Positions 1-9,803 of a DNA stretch of 64,000 bases are shown piece by piece. The notes beneath the pieces are model-generated. The model worked only from the letters and a program-made list of their open reading frames with translations. It was not told the origin of the DNA and did not search any database. Made by a program: the position numbers and the translations under genes. The DNA is taken from the NCBI GenBank assembly GCA_964515005.1, contig CAZEVT010000003.1, forward strand, positions 12,815 through 76,814, given 5' to 3'. Source of the DNA: an uncultured Gammaproteobacteria bacterium. GTDB taxonomy: Bacteria > Patescibacteriota > Microgenomatia > UBA10105 > UBA927. Position 1 is the first letter of the stretch. Each line of letters starts with the position of its first letter.

Positions 1-2
1 TG

Positions 3-1391
3 TTTTCCACAAGGCTGCCATCGGCAGTCATGGGAATCCTGGCGGTATTGGGGACATATGTACTGGTTCGCGAGCTTTTTGGGAGGAAAAAAGGAGAGGC
101 AGTACCGCTTTTGTCTTCATTTTTGCTTGCAATTTCTCCCTGGCACATTCAGTTTTCCCGAATTGCATTTGAGGCAAATACAGGGATCACGATAAATATT
201 TGGGCTGTGGCGGCATTTCTTGCAGGACTCCGGAGGCGGATATTTCTTCCTGTTTCCGCGGTACTTTTTGGGGTGGGGCTTTATGCATACCACAGTGAAC
301 GTGTCTTTTTGCCACTCATGGTTATTTTTTTGCTGGTTCTCTGTCGCAAGCAGTTGTTCACCTCTGAAAACAAAAAATATGTTGCGGCTGCGATTGTTGT
401 TGGCTTACTCGTGACTATTCCTCTTATTCCCGTATTTTTTAACAAGTCTGCGCTCCTTCGGGCACGAGGGACAAGTTCGTTTACTGATCAGAATAATCTG
501 CTTGCGCGCACCATTGCCAAAATTGAACAGGATCGGAGTGTTGGAGACAGAATGGGAGAGTTGTTGGATAACAGGCGTTTGGTTTGGGTCAAGACGGTGG
601 CCTCCGGATATCTATCTCACTTTTCATTGCAATGGTTGTTTTTAACCGGGGATAATCCGAGACACCACGCGCCTGACATGGGACTCATGTATCTTTGGGA
701 GCTTCCTTTTTTGCTCTACGGCATATACTGGGTCGCCAAGAATGTAAAGGGTCCAACACGCAGTGTTCTTTTTGGATGGTTTTTACTGGCTCCTATTGCG
801 GCCGCCCCCACAACCGGACTTCCCCATGCTATCCGAACGCTTGTTTTTCTGCCCACATTTCAGATATTCACGGCCCTTGGAATTGTTGCCATCGTGACAG
901 CCAGAAAAGGCGTATACAAAAACCTAGCCGCGTATTGCATTATATTCCTCTATGGACTATTTGTGGTGTTTAATTTCGCTTATTATATCGATAAATATTT
1001 TGTACATATGAATCCCGAGTTTTCTGAATATTGGCAATACGGATATGAGGATGCCGTAACGGAGACCGAAAAGATTAAGGGGAAGTATGAAAAAGTCGTC
1101 GTGTCAAATAAACTCGAGCAATCGTATATGTTTTTCCTTTTTTACACGAAATATGATCCCAATAAGTATCTGGCAGGTGGCGGCACGAAATCGGGGAGTT
1201 TTGAGGAGGCACAAAACAAGTTCGACACCTACGAGTTTCGAAAAATAATATGGTCAAATGAGCGGCGTGACGGAACCATTTTGTACGTCGGAGCGCCCGG
1301 CGACATGCCCCACGGAAACGTCAAAAATATTACATTTTTGAACGGGAAGCCGGCAATAGAAATGGCTGATCAGCCAAACGGAGCACCATGA
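3..1391 (+). CDS. Polytopic membrane protein, GT-C-like glycosyltransferase (5' truncated by window edge)
   Basis: The ORF runs open to position 3. Multiple TM helices are followed by a soluble C-terminal domain. It has an S-x-H-I-x-F-S-R loop motif resembling the GT-C domain of the 45246 ORF, and its C-terminal region resembles the 1388 and 6757 proteins. Confidence 0.4.
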   Translation, partial: FSTRLPSAVMGILAVLGTYVLVRELFGRKKGEAVPLLSSFLLAISPWHIQFSRIAFEANTGITINIWAVAAFLAGLRRRIFLPVSAVLFGVGLYAYHSERVFLPLMVIFLLVLCRKQLFTSENKKYVAAAIVVGLLVTIPLIPVFFNKSALLRARGTSSFTDQNNLLARTIAKIEQDRSVGDRMGELLDNRRLVWVKTVASGYLSHFSLQWLFLTGDNPRHHAPDMGLMYLWELPFLLYGIYWVAKNVKGPTRSVLFGWFLLAPIAAAPTTGLPHAIRTLVFLPTFQIFTALGIVAIVTARKGVYKNLAAYCIIFLYGLFVVFNFAYYIDKYFVHMNPEFSEYWQYGYEDAVTETEKIKGKYEKVVVSNKLEQSYMFFLFYTKYDPNKYLAGGGTKSGSFEEAQNKFDTYEFRKIIWSNERRDGTILYVGAPGDMPHGNVKNITFLNGKPAIEMADQPNGAP

Positions 1392-2908
1392 AAAAAATAT
1401 GGATTATTATTGCAATAGTTTTTTTATGGGGAGTGGGTCTTCGTGCTGTGGAGGTATTGAATGGCAACTATTTATTTGGATTTGATATCGGGCGTGACTT
1501 ACTCGTGGCGCGCGATATTGTTGAACATCATAAGTTAACCCTGATTGGTGCGGAAATTGGGTCGGGGAGCGCCGGAATTAACGGTATATTTCAGGGGCCG
1601 GGATATTACTATTTGCTTGCCGTTGTGTATTGGCTTTTCCGCGGTGATCCGTACGGAGTACTCCTTACGATGTTTGCGTTTGGTGTTGCCACGCTCATCG
1701 CCACGTACGTCACGGTGTCCCGCATGTTTGACCGGGTGGTGGCAACACTTGCACTCTTTCTTGTCGGCATATCGCCGCTTATTGTCTCACAGTCGCGGTT
1801 TATTTGGTCGCCGCACCCCGCCTCACTCCTGATTGTTTTTCTTTTGTTTCTTGCATACATGATTCCTACGCGGCCACGCTTATACGCTCCCGCTGCGGTA
1901 TTTCTTGCCGGACTGACGTATCACTTTGAGTTTGCCATGACGGTGCCTATTGTCATGGCTTTGTTTTTGTCGCTTCCCCTCATATTCCGTGTTAAAGATG
2001 TCAGGACATACCTGTACTCTGCCGCGAGCGTGGTGTTGGCGTTTAGTCCTCTGATCGGATTTGAAATGCGTCACGGATGGATGGCTGTGAAGTCAGCGCT
2101 CTCCTACAGCGCGCCTCAAGGGCCTGTGGGTAGTGACGTCTGGTTCCTCCGCATAACCGATCATATGGGTCCGTATATTGCCAACGCGGCAAACTCCTTT
2201 ATACAGGAACATGGACTATTACATGAAAAGTTTTTTGTTGCTCTATCGGGCGCGTTACTCGTTGCGCTTGTTATATTCGCATGGAAAACCAAGAACAAGA
2301 TGCATCGTATGTTTTTCCAATTCTCCTTGCTTCTTTTGGCTACCTCGTATGTCGTACTTCTTTTCCTTAACAATTTCATTTGGGACTACTATCTTATTCA
2401 CGCGCATTTTATCTATATCTATGTTTTTGCCTACTGGCTCGCGTTGACCTTCCGCACAATGAAAAAATCCGTTTTTTCAAAAGCTGCATTCGTGGTACTT
2501 TCGATCTTTCTTTTATCCATGGTCGTATCATCCATTTGGCGCATGAGAGTAAGCTACACCTACGATATTCGCGATTTGGGGGGCGTTGAAAAAATACAGG
2601 GGAAAAAGACGGCAATTGATTACGTCTACACGGACGCCAAGGGGCAACCATTTTCCGAATTTACCTTTATGGCTCCTATCTATACATACCCCTACGAGTA
2701 TCTATTTGAGACGTATGGGAGAAAGAAATACGGATATGCACCGGGGACCGAAAAGAAAGGACTTGTATATCTCATCATCGAGCCTGATGCCTCCAAACCC
2801 TGGACGTATAAAGGGTGGCTTGAAACCGTGATTGTTGATGGAGAAATACTTGATACGGTGACGCTGCCGACCGGGCACATTATACAAAAGCGTATGTTTC
2901 CGCTATGA
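1388..2908 (+). CDS. GT-C fold membrane glycosyltransferase, ArnT/PMT (GT39/83)-like; paralog of 6757..8232
   Basis: 506 aa with an N-terminal TM and the loop motif GFDIGRDLLVARDIVEHHKLTLIG, then about 10 TM helices and a soluble C-terminal domain ending KKYGYAPG...YLIIEPD. Clear paralogy to the 6757 ORF (GPEQGRDFLAIRDIAVNHKLTLIG ... KKYGYLPD...YVVIQRD). Confidence 0.55.
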   Translation: MKKIWIIIAIVFLWGVGLRAVEVLNGNYLFGFDIGRDLLVARDIVEHHKLTLIGAEIGSGSAGINGIFQGPGYYYLLAVVYWLFRGDPYGVLLTMFAFGVATLIATYVTVSRMFDRVVATLALFLVGISPLIVSQSRFIWSPHPASLLIVFLLFLAYMIPTRPRLYAPAAVFLAGLTYHFEFAMTVPIVMALFLSLPLIFRVKDVRTYLYSAASVVLAFSPLIGFEMRHGWMAVKSALSYSAPQGPVGSDVWFLRITDHMGPYIANAANSFIQEHGLLHEKFFVALSGALLVALVIFAWKTKNKMHRMFFQFSLLLLATSYVVLLFLNNFIWDYYLIHAHFIYIYVFAYWLALTFRTMKKSVFSKAAFVVLSIFLLSMVVSSIWRMRVSYTYDIRDLGGVEKIQGKKTAIDYVYTDAKGQPFSEFTFMAPIYTYPYEYLFETYGRKKYGYAPGTEKKGLVYLIIEPDASKPWTYKGWLETVIVDGEILDTVTLPTGHIIQKRMFPL

Positions 2909-4497
2909 AAAAGTTACTCCATAATCCATTGTTTTGGGTAATCGCGGCCTCGCTGCTGCCGATTTTGAGTCTCCTTAACTCGGGCATGCCGGTTGTGCAT
3001 GACGGGCAAGATCATGTCGCGCGGATTGCCAATTTTTATGCAGCCCTCAAAGACGGGATTCTCGTGCCGAGGTGGGCCGCAAACCTCAATTGGGGATACG
3101 GACATCCGGTTCTTATGTTTTTGTACCCGCTGCCCTCGTACCTAGCCAGCCTGTTTCATTTCATAGGATTTTCTCTGGTTGATAGTACAAAGCTAGTGTT
3201 TGGGCTGTCTTTTGTGGCAAGCGCCCTGACTATGTATCTATGGATGCGTGCGGCTTTCGACAAGAACGCGGCGGTTATTGCTGCAGTTTTGTATACATTA
3301 GCTCCCTACCGGTTTGTCGATCTATATGTTCGCGGGGCAATAGGAGAACACCTTGCGTTCGTTTTCCCTCCACTTATATTGTATTTTTTACAGAAGCGTT
3401 CGTTTATTGGCATGTCGGTATCTCTTGCCGCGCTCATTCTTTCCCATAATGCTGTTGCACTTATGTTTCTGCCCATTATCGGGCTCTACGCACTTTATAT
3501 TCTGATTTTTGAAGAGAAGAAAAAGTGGTTGTTTACTGTTCATTGTTTTTTGTCCTTTATTCTGGGTTTTTCCCTGTCTGCCTTTTTTTGGGTCCCTGCA
3601 CTTTTAGAAGGGAGGTTTACTCTCCGCGATATCGTGACTGCGGGTGAGGCACTCAGGCGGTTTGTCCCCTGGTCACAGTTTTTTTACTCTCCGTGGAACT
3701 ACGGGGGAACAGATACGCTGACGAAGTCACTGGGGATCCCGCAGTGGGTGGGGATCATTGGAGCGCTCTTCCTACTTACCAAAACGAAAGAGAAGAAACG
3801 GAAAGTGCTTATTGCGGGTTCGTTCGTGGCTCTGACCGTTTCAATCTTTATGATGACGGAATGGTCACGCCCGATTTGGGCATCAATCAGAATACTGCAA
3901 AATTTCCAGTTTCCTTGGCGGTTTCTTTCGGTGTCTGTGTTTATGGCAGCCTTTCTCGGAGGGATAGCTTTCGCCCAGACAAAAAAATTATTTCTTATTC
4001 TCTACTGCCTATGTATTATTTTCGTAACTTTTCTTATGTGGCATCCAAAAGGATACCAAATTCATGAAGACTCATTGTATTCCGGTGTGTACTCAAGTAC
4101 GACGGATACGGGAGAAAGCAGCCCTATCTGGTCGGTCAGGTTTATGGAGCATGCGCCGGCAGCTCATTTGGAGGTGATCGATGGAAAAGCAACGGTGAAG
4201 GAAACGAAGCGCACGACGACGATTCACGAATATGAGCTTGTCGTCGACAAACCCACGCTGATGCTTGAAAACACCGTGTATTTTCCTGGGTGGATGATAT
4301 ATCTGAATGGGGTTCCCACAGATATTCAGTTCCAAAACCCGAATTACCGCGGACTTATGACGTTTCGAGTGACCGAAGACACAAAATCAGTGCGCGTGGC
4401 GTTTGAGGACACTAAAGTCCGCAAAACCGCAAACGTGATAAGCTTAACATCACTTGTATTTCTGTTTGGACTATTCGTATGGCAAAAAAGAAGATAA
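2905..4497 (+). CDS. Polytopic membrane protein, PTPS-related/YfhO-like putative glycosyltransferase; paralog of 8229..9803
   Basis: 530 aa. N-terminal TM then HDGQDHVARI...PRWAANLNWGYGHP, many TM helices, and a C-terminal extracytoplasmic domain with YFPGW and a terminal TM anchor. Shares these motifs with the 8229 ORF (HDGEYHIIRI...PRWAPDMNSGYGIP...YFPGW). The family name is tentative. Confidence 0.45.
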   Translation: MKKLLHNPLFWVIAASLLPILSLLNSGMPVVHDGQDHVARIANFYAALKDGILVPRWAANLNWGYGHPVLMFLYPLPSYLASLFHFIGFSLVDSTKLVFGLSFVASALTMYLWMRAAFDKNAAVIAAVLYTLAPYRFVDLYVRGAIGEHLAFVFPPLILYFLQKRSFIGMSVSLAALILSHNAVALMFLPIIGLYALYILIFEEKKKWLFTVHCFLSFILGFSLSAFFWVPALLEGRFTLRDIVTAGEALRRFVPWSQFFYSPWNYGGTDTLTKSLGIPQWVGIIGALFLLTKTKEKKRKVLIAGSFVALTVSIFMMTEWSRPIWASIRILQNFQFPWRFLSVSVFMAAFLGGIAFAQTKKLFLILYCLCIIFVTFLMWHPKGYQIHEDSLYSGVYSSTTDTGESSPIWSVRFMEHAPAAHLEVIDGKATVKETKRTTTIHEYELVVDKPTLMLENTVYFPGWMIYLNGVPTDIQFQNPNYRGLMTFRVTEDTKSVRVAFEDTKVRKTANVISLTSLVFLFGLFVWQKRR

Positions 4498-5693
4498 CAC
4501 TATCTATTGCTATGGCGGTATACAACGAAGAGGCAAACCTTGAGTCTTGCCTTTCGTCCGTCGCCTCATTTGCCGATGAAATAGTGATAGTTGACGGAGG
4601 TTCGACAGATCGAACGCGCGAAATAGCCAAAAAGTTTACTTCAAAAATTATTCGCACAGATAATCCTCCGATGTTCCACCTCAACAAACAGAAGGCGCTT
4701 GACGCGTGTGGTGGGGATTGGATTTTGCAGCTTGATGCAGATGAAACAATACCGGCCGAGCTTAAGAAAGAAATTCTTGAGGCAGTGCGCGACGGGTCTA
4801 AAAACGGCTACTACATTCCGCGCAAGAATTACTTCTGGGGTCATTGGATGCGGAAAGGCGGTCAATATCCCGATTACGTGATACGTTTGGTTCGCCGCGG
4901 CAGGGCAAGGTTTCCTTCAAAAACCGTCCACGAGCAGATAGAAGTAGACGGTAAAGTCGGGCACTTAACCCATCCGATGGATCACCTGTCGTACCGAACC
5001 AAGGAGGACTACTTCCGAAAGGCGGATACATATACAACACTCACCGCGCTCGAGATGAAAAAGAATGGAACCCCCAAGAATGCGTGGACGTGGTTACTCT
5101 ATAATATAGTGAAGCCTAAAATGACGTTTCTATCCTTGTTCATCCGACACAAAGGATTTATGGATGGTCGGTACGGACTTATATTTGCCTATTACTCCGC
5201 ACTTCATTTTCCGATTGCCTACAAAAAGTTTTTAAAGTTATTACTTATAACGATTTTCTTTTTAATAGTTACATTCCCCGCACATGCTGACTATGTACTT
5301 CCGTATCCGTCATTTATGCCGGGAAATAAATTGTACAAAGTAACCAGAATTATCGATACGCTTAAGAAGTATTGGTATTTCGGTACTATTGCACAAGCAA
5401 AATATCATTTGGCGCTTTCTGATAAATATTTAGTAGAGGCAAAAACGCTTATGGAGTACAAGCAGTATCTTTTGGGAGTAGACGCCTTGGTACGGTCTGA
5501 CAACGAATTTAAGGCATTGCAACAAACACCGATTGTTAAGGAGGCCGCTGCCGCTCATAAAAAAACCTTATCCGAACTTTTGATAACTACCCCAAAAACA
5601 TTTATCTGGAGTCCGGAGCAATCACCCGCAACAGAGCTTAACTTGGGGCGGATGATACAAACCTCTATTGATCTACGAACGCTATGGCAGTAG
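4479..5693 (+). CDS. GT2 family glycosyltransferase with C-terminal TM segment and extra domain
   Basis: N-terminal SIAMAVYNEE...IVIVDGGSTDRT...LQLDADE is a GT-A (DxD) signature. A hydrophobic helix (LLLITIFFLIVTF) and about 130 aa follow the catalytic domain. Confidence 0.8.
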   Translation: MAKKKITLSIAMAVYNEEANLESCLSSVASFADEIVIVDGGSTDRTREIAKKFTSKIIRTDNPPMFHLNKQKALDACGGDWILQLDADETIPAELKKEILEAVRDGSKNGYYIPRKNYFWGHWMRKGGQYPDYVIRLVRRGRARFPSKTVHEQIEVDGKVGHLTHPMDHLSYRTKEDYFRKADTYTTLTALEMKKNGTPKNAWTWLLYNIVKPKMTFLSLFIRHKGFMDGRYGLIFAYYSALHFPIAYKKFLKLLLITIFFLIVTFPAHADYVLPYPSFMPGNKLYKVTRIIDTLKKYWYFGTIAQAKYHLALSDKYLVEAKTLMEYKQYLLGVDALVRSDNEFKALQQTPIVKEAAAAHKKTLSELLITTPKTFIWSPEQSPATELNLGRMIQTSIDLRTLWQ

Positions 5694-6787
5694 GATTATT
5701 TATCATAACGCTCGCGGCGCTTGGTATATTCTCCTACGGTTTTACGGACCCCAATCTGACACTATCCACGAATCCGTTGTTCCTGCGTTTACACGAGCCT
5801 CTTTTCAACATGGTGTACCACCAACGGCCAACTGCGACGATCCTTTTTCTCTCGCTCCTTTTGATTTTGTTTGTCTGTTATCTATGGTTTCTAAAAAACA
5901 GAGAGAAAATTTTTCCTTCTTGGAACGTAACGCTTAAGATTTTGTTGGTTTCCTCAGTGATGTTTGTTTTTTCATACCCGGCACTTACGTACGATCTTTT
6001 TAACTATATGGCAACGGCAAAAGTTGCGTATCACTATGGAGAAAATCCATACGTGGTAATGCCGGTGGAGATTCCTAATGAACCAAATCTAGCCTTCACG
6101 AGAGCCGCGAATAAATTCGCGCTCTATGGGCCGGTATGGCTTTTGCTTAGCGCGATTCCGCACTTCGTGGGAGCCGGCAATGTCTGGTTGACGATTATCG
6201 CGTTTAAATTTATGAACGCCGTCGTATATCTGGGATTTAGTTATTTCATCTGGCGCATGACGAAAAATCTGACAAACGTAATATTTTTCGCGCTCAATCC
6301 ACTGGTGCTTATCGAAGTCCTTATGAACGGCCATAACGATATCTACATGATGGTACTTGCACTTTTGGGAATTTGGTTTTGGCAAAAGGGAAAGAAAATA
6401 AATGGCATCATAACGTTAGTTGCTTCTTGGTTTATAAAGGGCGCAACGCTACCTCTCATTTTTGTGATGAACAAATCGCTGGTTTGGTCCTACTGGATTC
6501 TAGCAGCCGTATTTTTTATTCTCGCGCCTTTACGCGAAGAGTTGTATCCATGGTATGCGGTTTGGCTTATTATGACAGCTTCATTACTGCCTATGAAGAC
6601 CCATCGGTTTCTCGCGGCTTTTACGCTTGTTCTGTCTTTTGCACTGGAACTGCGGCATCTTCCGTATATGTGGATGGGGTATTATGAAGGACCAGGGCCG
6701 ATGTTAAGGCTCGCACTTACTGTTGTACCGGTAGGTGTGTTTCTCGTGGGCCACGTATGGATAAAAAAACTAAGATTTTTCTCATAG
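5684..6787 (+). CDS. Polytopic membrane protein, possible GT-C (GT87/DUF2029-like) glycosyltransferase
   Basis: 367 aa with about 10 predicted TM helices and conserved loop residues (NGHND). No soluble domain. The call is made by architecture and context only. Confidence 0.3.
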   Translation: MAVGLFIITLAALGIFSYGFTDPNLTLSTNPLFLRLHEPLFNMVYHQRPTATILFLSLLLILFVCYLWFLKNREKIFPSWNVTLKILLVSSVMFVFSYPALTYDLFNYMATAKVAYHYGENPYVVMPVEIPNEPNLAFTRAANKFALYGPVWLLLSAIPHFVGAGNVWLTIIAFKFMNAVVYLGFSYFIWRMTKNLTNVIFFALNPLVLIEVLMNGHNDIYMMVLALLGIWFWQKGKKINGIITLVASWFIKGATLPLIFVMNKSLVWSYWILAAVFFILAPLREELYPWYAVWLIMTASLLPMKTHRFLAAFTLVLSFALELRHLPYMWMGYYEGPGPMLRLALTVVPVGVFLVGHVWIKKLRFFS

Positions 6788-8232
6788 GACTTGCTATTAT
6801 TGCATTCGTTTTGCGATGGTACCTGATGCCGGATCAATTGTTTTTTGGCCCGGAGCAGGGAAGGGATTTCTTGGCCATCCGCGATATCGCGGTCAACCAT
6901 AAATTGACGCTCATCGGCTCCAAAACAGACATTGACGGAGTTTTTCACGGCCCGATTTTTTACTATCTTGCATCCGTCCCGTTTGCGCTTTCCCAGGGAA
7001 ACCCTCTTGGCGTTTCTGCGTTTTTTATATTCATTCAGAGTATTACTGTATTTTTGGCGTACCTGCTTGCATACGAATTAACCAAAAGTCGCCGTGCGGG
7101 ACTCATTGCCGCCACCCTTTTTGCTGTGAGTTATTTGTTAATCGTGTATGCCCGCTGGCTTTCCAATCCTCCGCTCTCCATTCCGCTCTCTTTATTATTT
7201 ATCCTTTCCTTACTTCGGTTTGTGCGCGGTCGTCCGTGGTATCTGGTCGCGGCCGCATTCGTATATGGAATGATCGGACAGGCAGAGTTTATTAATTATT
7301 TACTCTTTGCGGTTATCGGGGTAATTACCTGCTTCATGTACCGGAAAACGGTGGTGCGAACCAGGCCGCTCATTCTCGCCGCGGCCGCAGCAGTGGGTGT
7401 ACTGACATCACTTATCACCTATGTGGCGTTTGATCTTCGGCACGAATTTCTTGTATCCAATGCAGTTGCGGGCCTGCTTATGGGTAAAACCGGATACCGG
7501 TTGGATTTTTTTGGTTCGATAGCGGGAGCATTCAAAATGTTGTGGGAGCAAGCATCAGCAATTCTCGGGTTTTCCGGCCGCACCGCCGGATTTATGTTGA
7601 TTGTTGGGATTGCGTTTGTCTTAATCCGGGCGACGAAAAAGAATCCGGATCACCGCATCCTCGCCGTATGGATATTCGCGCCGCCCGTCGTATTTTCACT
7701 TCTTCGGCATGCAATGCTCGAGCAGTTGTACGCGGGGGTTATCGCCGGACTCCTTATTGGCCTTTCCCTCCTTATTGAATCCATCATGCGGTGGAATGCA
7801 AGGCTCGGGCGAGTACTACTACTTCTGTCCATTGTCATGAGTTTGAGCGTTGTGTACAGGAATCTTCCTATCAATAGGAACGTTTTTTTTCAGGGACCGC
7901 AACCGGCCGTGAGGTATTCGGATCAACTTGCCGCTATCGATTGGGTATACGAACGTGCACAAGGAAGACCCTTTTCTTTTCAGGCATACACAATTCCGTA
8001 CTTTTGGCAGGATGCATGGACATATCTTCTTGGGTATTACGGCAATAAGAAATACGGGTATCTGCCGGATGACCAAGGACGAAAGCTGATGTACGTAGTC
8101 ATCCAAAGGGATACACTTGACCCCGGATTCCAGAAAAAATGGTATGAGGAAACGGTGTCAAAATGGGGGACACGAACGAGTCAGGAAACTATCGGTGAAT
8201 ATCGCGTAGAAGAACTCGCCGTAGGCCTATGA
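6757..8232 (+). CDS. GT-C fold membrane glycosyltransferase, ArnT/PMT-like; paralog of 1388..2908
   Basis: 491 aa with the same N-terminal loop motif and C-terminal KKYGY...D domain as the 1388 ORF. Confidence 0.55.
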   Translation: MDKKTKIFLIGLAIIAFVLRWYLMPDQLFFGPEQGRDFLAIRDIAVNHKLTLIGSKTDIDGVFHGPIFYYLASVPFALSQGNPLGVSAFFIFIQSITVFLAYLLAYELTKSRRAGLIAATLFAVSYLLIVYARWLSNPPLSIPLSLLFILSLLRFVRGRPWYLVAAAFVYGMIGQAEFINYLLFAVIGVITCFMYRKTVVRTRPLILAAAAAVGVLTSLITYVAFDLRHEFLVSNAVAGLLMGKTGYRLDFFGSIAGAFKMLWEQASAILGFSGRTAGFMLIVGIAFVLIRATKKNPDHRILAVWIFAPPVVFSLLRHAMLEQLYAGVIAGLLIGLSLLIESIMRWNARLGRVLLLLSIVMSLSVVYRNLPINRNVFFQGPQPAVRYSDQLAAIDWVYERAQGRPFSFQAYTIPYFWQDAWTYLLGYYGNKKYGYLPDDQGRKLMYVVIQRDTLDPGFQKKWYEETVSKWGTRTSQETIGEYRVEELAVGL

Positions 8233-9803
8233 AAAAACGTATAACCATTATCGCCGCTTGTATGGTTATTGTCGGCGTCAGCTATGCGGTGCTGCCTCTT
8301 TTCGGTCGCTCCTATATTCCGACTCATGACGGGGAATATCACATTATTCGCATTGTGGAGTTTGCAAAGATGCTTGGCGCCGGGTACGTGATACCAAGAT
8401 GGGCCCCAGACATGAATAGTGGCTACGGTATACCGATTTTTAACTACCATTATCCATTGCCTAATTATATCGGATCGTTTGTTCGCATATTTACGAATGA
8501 TGCTGTCTATGCATTTCAAATGAGCATGGGTTTAGGCTATATAGCCCTTGCCGCCGGCGCATTATTATGGCTTTCGGCGATGTTTGGGGCCGTTGCTGCG
8601 CTCGTGGGTACGACGGTCGCGATGTTTGTTCCGTATCTATTTGTGGATCTCTATGTGCGCGGTTCAATCGGTGAGGTTTGGGCGATAGCGTTTCTTTTCC
8701 TGGCACTCAACTTTATAGAAAAAAAGAAGTATATATGGTTCGCGGTGGCTTTAGGGTTTCTTATCTTAAGCCACAATATTTTAGCAATGCTTTTTACTGC
8801 CTTTATCTTTTTTTACCTCTTCATCCAAGACCGCAGAGCCATTCTCTGGATGTTGGGAGGATTGGGATTGTCTGCATTTTTCTGGTTGCCGGCCGTCCTG
8901 GAGCAGAAGTTTGTGGTCGGCCTCAATACCGTTAACTTTCGTGAGCATTTCGTTGCCATCCACGAACTACTCATACCTTCCTGGGGGACCGAGTTTTCCG
9001 GAACAGGAAGCGTGGGAAATAAAATATCTTTTCAGATAGGCTTGGCGCCGATACTGGTGATGGCAGGCGCGCTCTGGGCGTTTCGCCGGGAAAAATCAAA
9101 ACCGCCAAAACGACTCATTATGTTATTTGCGACAGTGATAAGTCTTGGTGTCCTACTTATGCTTCCCATGTTTACGGCTTTCTGGGAATGGGTGAAACCC
9201 TTACAACTCATGCAGTATCCCTGGAGGCTACTGTCGTTTGTCATTCCTGTTGCAGGCTTTGCCGCGGCATACTGGGTAAGTAAGCTAAAAAGACAGTGGT
9301 TGGGGTTGTTTGTTGGGTTGATTGCCGTGTTTTTTGCCGCAGCCTACGCCCGGCCGGTTTTGTATCAACCGAGGAATGAAGCGTATTATCTTTCTCGCGC
9401 AAACTTCACCGATGGAACGTCATCCATGGGCAATAGTTTTTCTACCATTTGGACTGGCTGGAAAAACAGTCGATCGTCGTCTCCCGCAACCGTTAAAAAC
9501 GGAGTTTTAGTGGAGGCGTCGCCTACAAAGTATTTGGATAAGAAATTTTTGGTTTCCATGGATAAAGAAGGGTCGGTTGTCGTCAATACGCTTTATTTTC
9601 CCGGTTGGAAGGCGTTTGTCGATGGCCGAGAAACACCCATTGCCTACACGGGTCATGGTCTTATTGAACTAGCTGTTCCGTCTGGTGAACATACTATCGT
9701 TGTCGCATTCACAGATACCTTGCCCAGAAAAGCAGGTAATATAGTCTCACTCGTTAGTTTGGCGGTACTGTTGTTTTTAGGGTATACTCGCAGAAGAAAA
9801 TGA
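8229..9803 (+). CDS. Polytopic membrane protein, PTPS-related/YfhO-like; paralog of 2905..4497
   Basis: 524 aa with the HDGEYH...PRWAPDMNSGYGIP motif block, many TM helices, a C-terminal YFPGW domain and a terminal TM anchor. Confidence 0.45.
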   Translation: MKKRITIIAACMVIVGVSYAVLPLFGRSYIPTHDGEYHIIRIVEFAKMLGAGYVIPRWAPDMNSGYGIPIFNYHYPLPNYIGSFVRIFTNDAVYAFQMSMGLGYIALAAGALLWLSAMFGAVAALVGTTVAMFVPYLFVDLYVRGSIGEVWAIAFLFLALNFIEKKKYIWFAVALGFLILSHNILAMLFTAFIFFYLFIQDRRAILWMLGGLGLSAFFWLPAVLEQKFVVGLNTVNFREHFVAIHELLIPSWGTEFSGTGSVGNKISFQIGLAPILVMAGALWAFRREKSKPPKRLIMLFATVISLGVLLMLPMFTAFWEWVKPLQLMQYPWRLLSFVIPVAGFAAAYWVSKLKRQWLGLFVGLIAVFFAAAYARPVLYQPRNEAYYLSRANFTDGTSSMGNSFSTIWTGWKNSRSSSPATVKNGVLVEASPTKYLDKKFLVSMDKEGSVVVNTLYFPGWKAFVDGRETPIAYTGHGLIELAVPSGEHTIVVAFTDTLPRKAGNIVSLVSLAVLLFLGYTRRRK

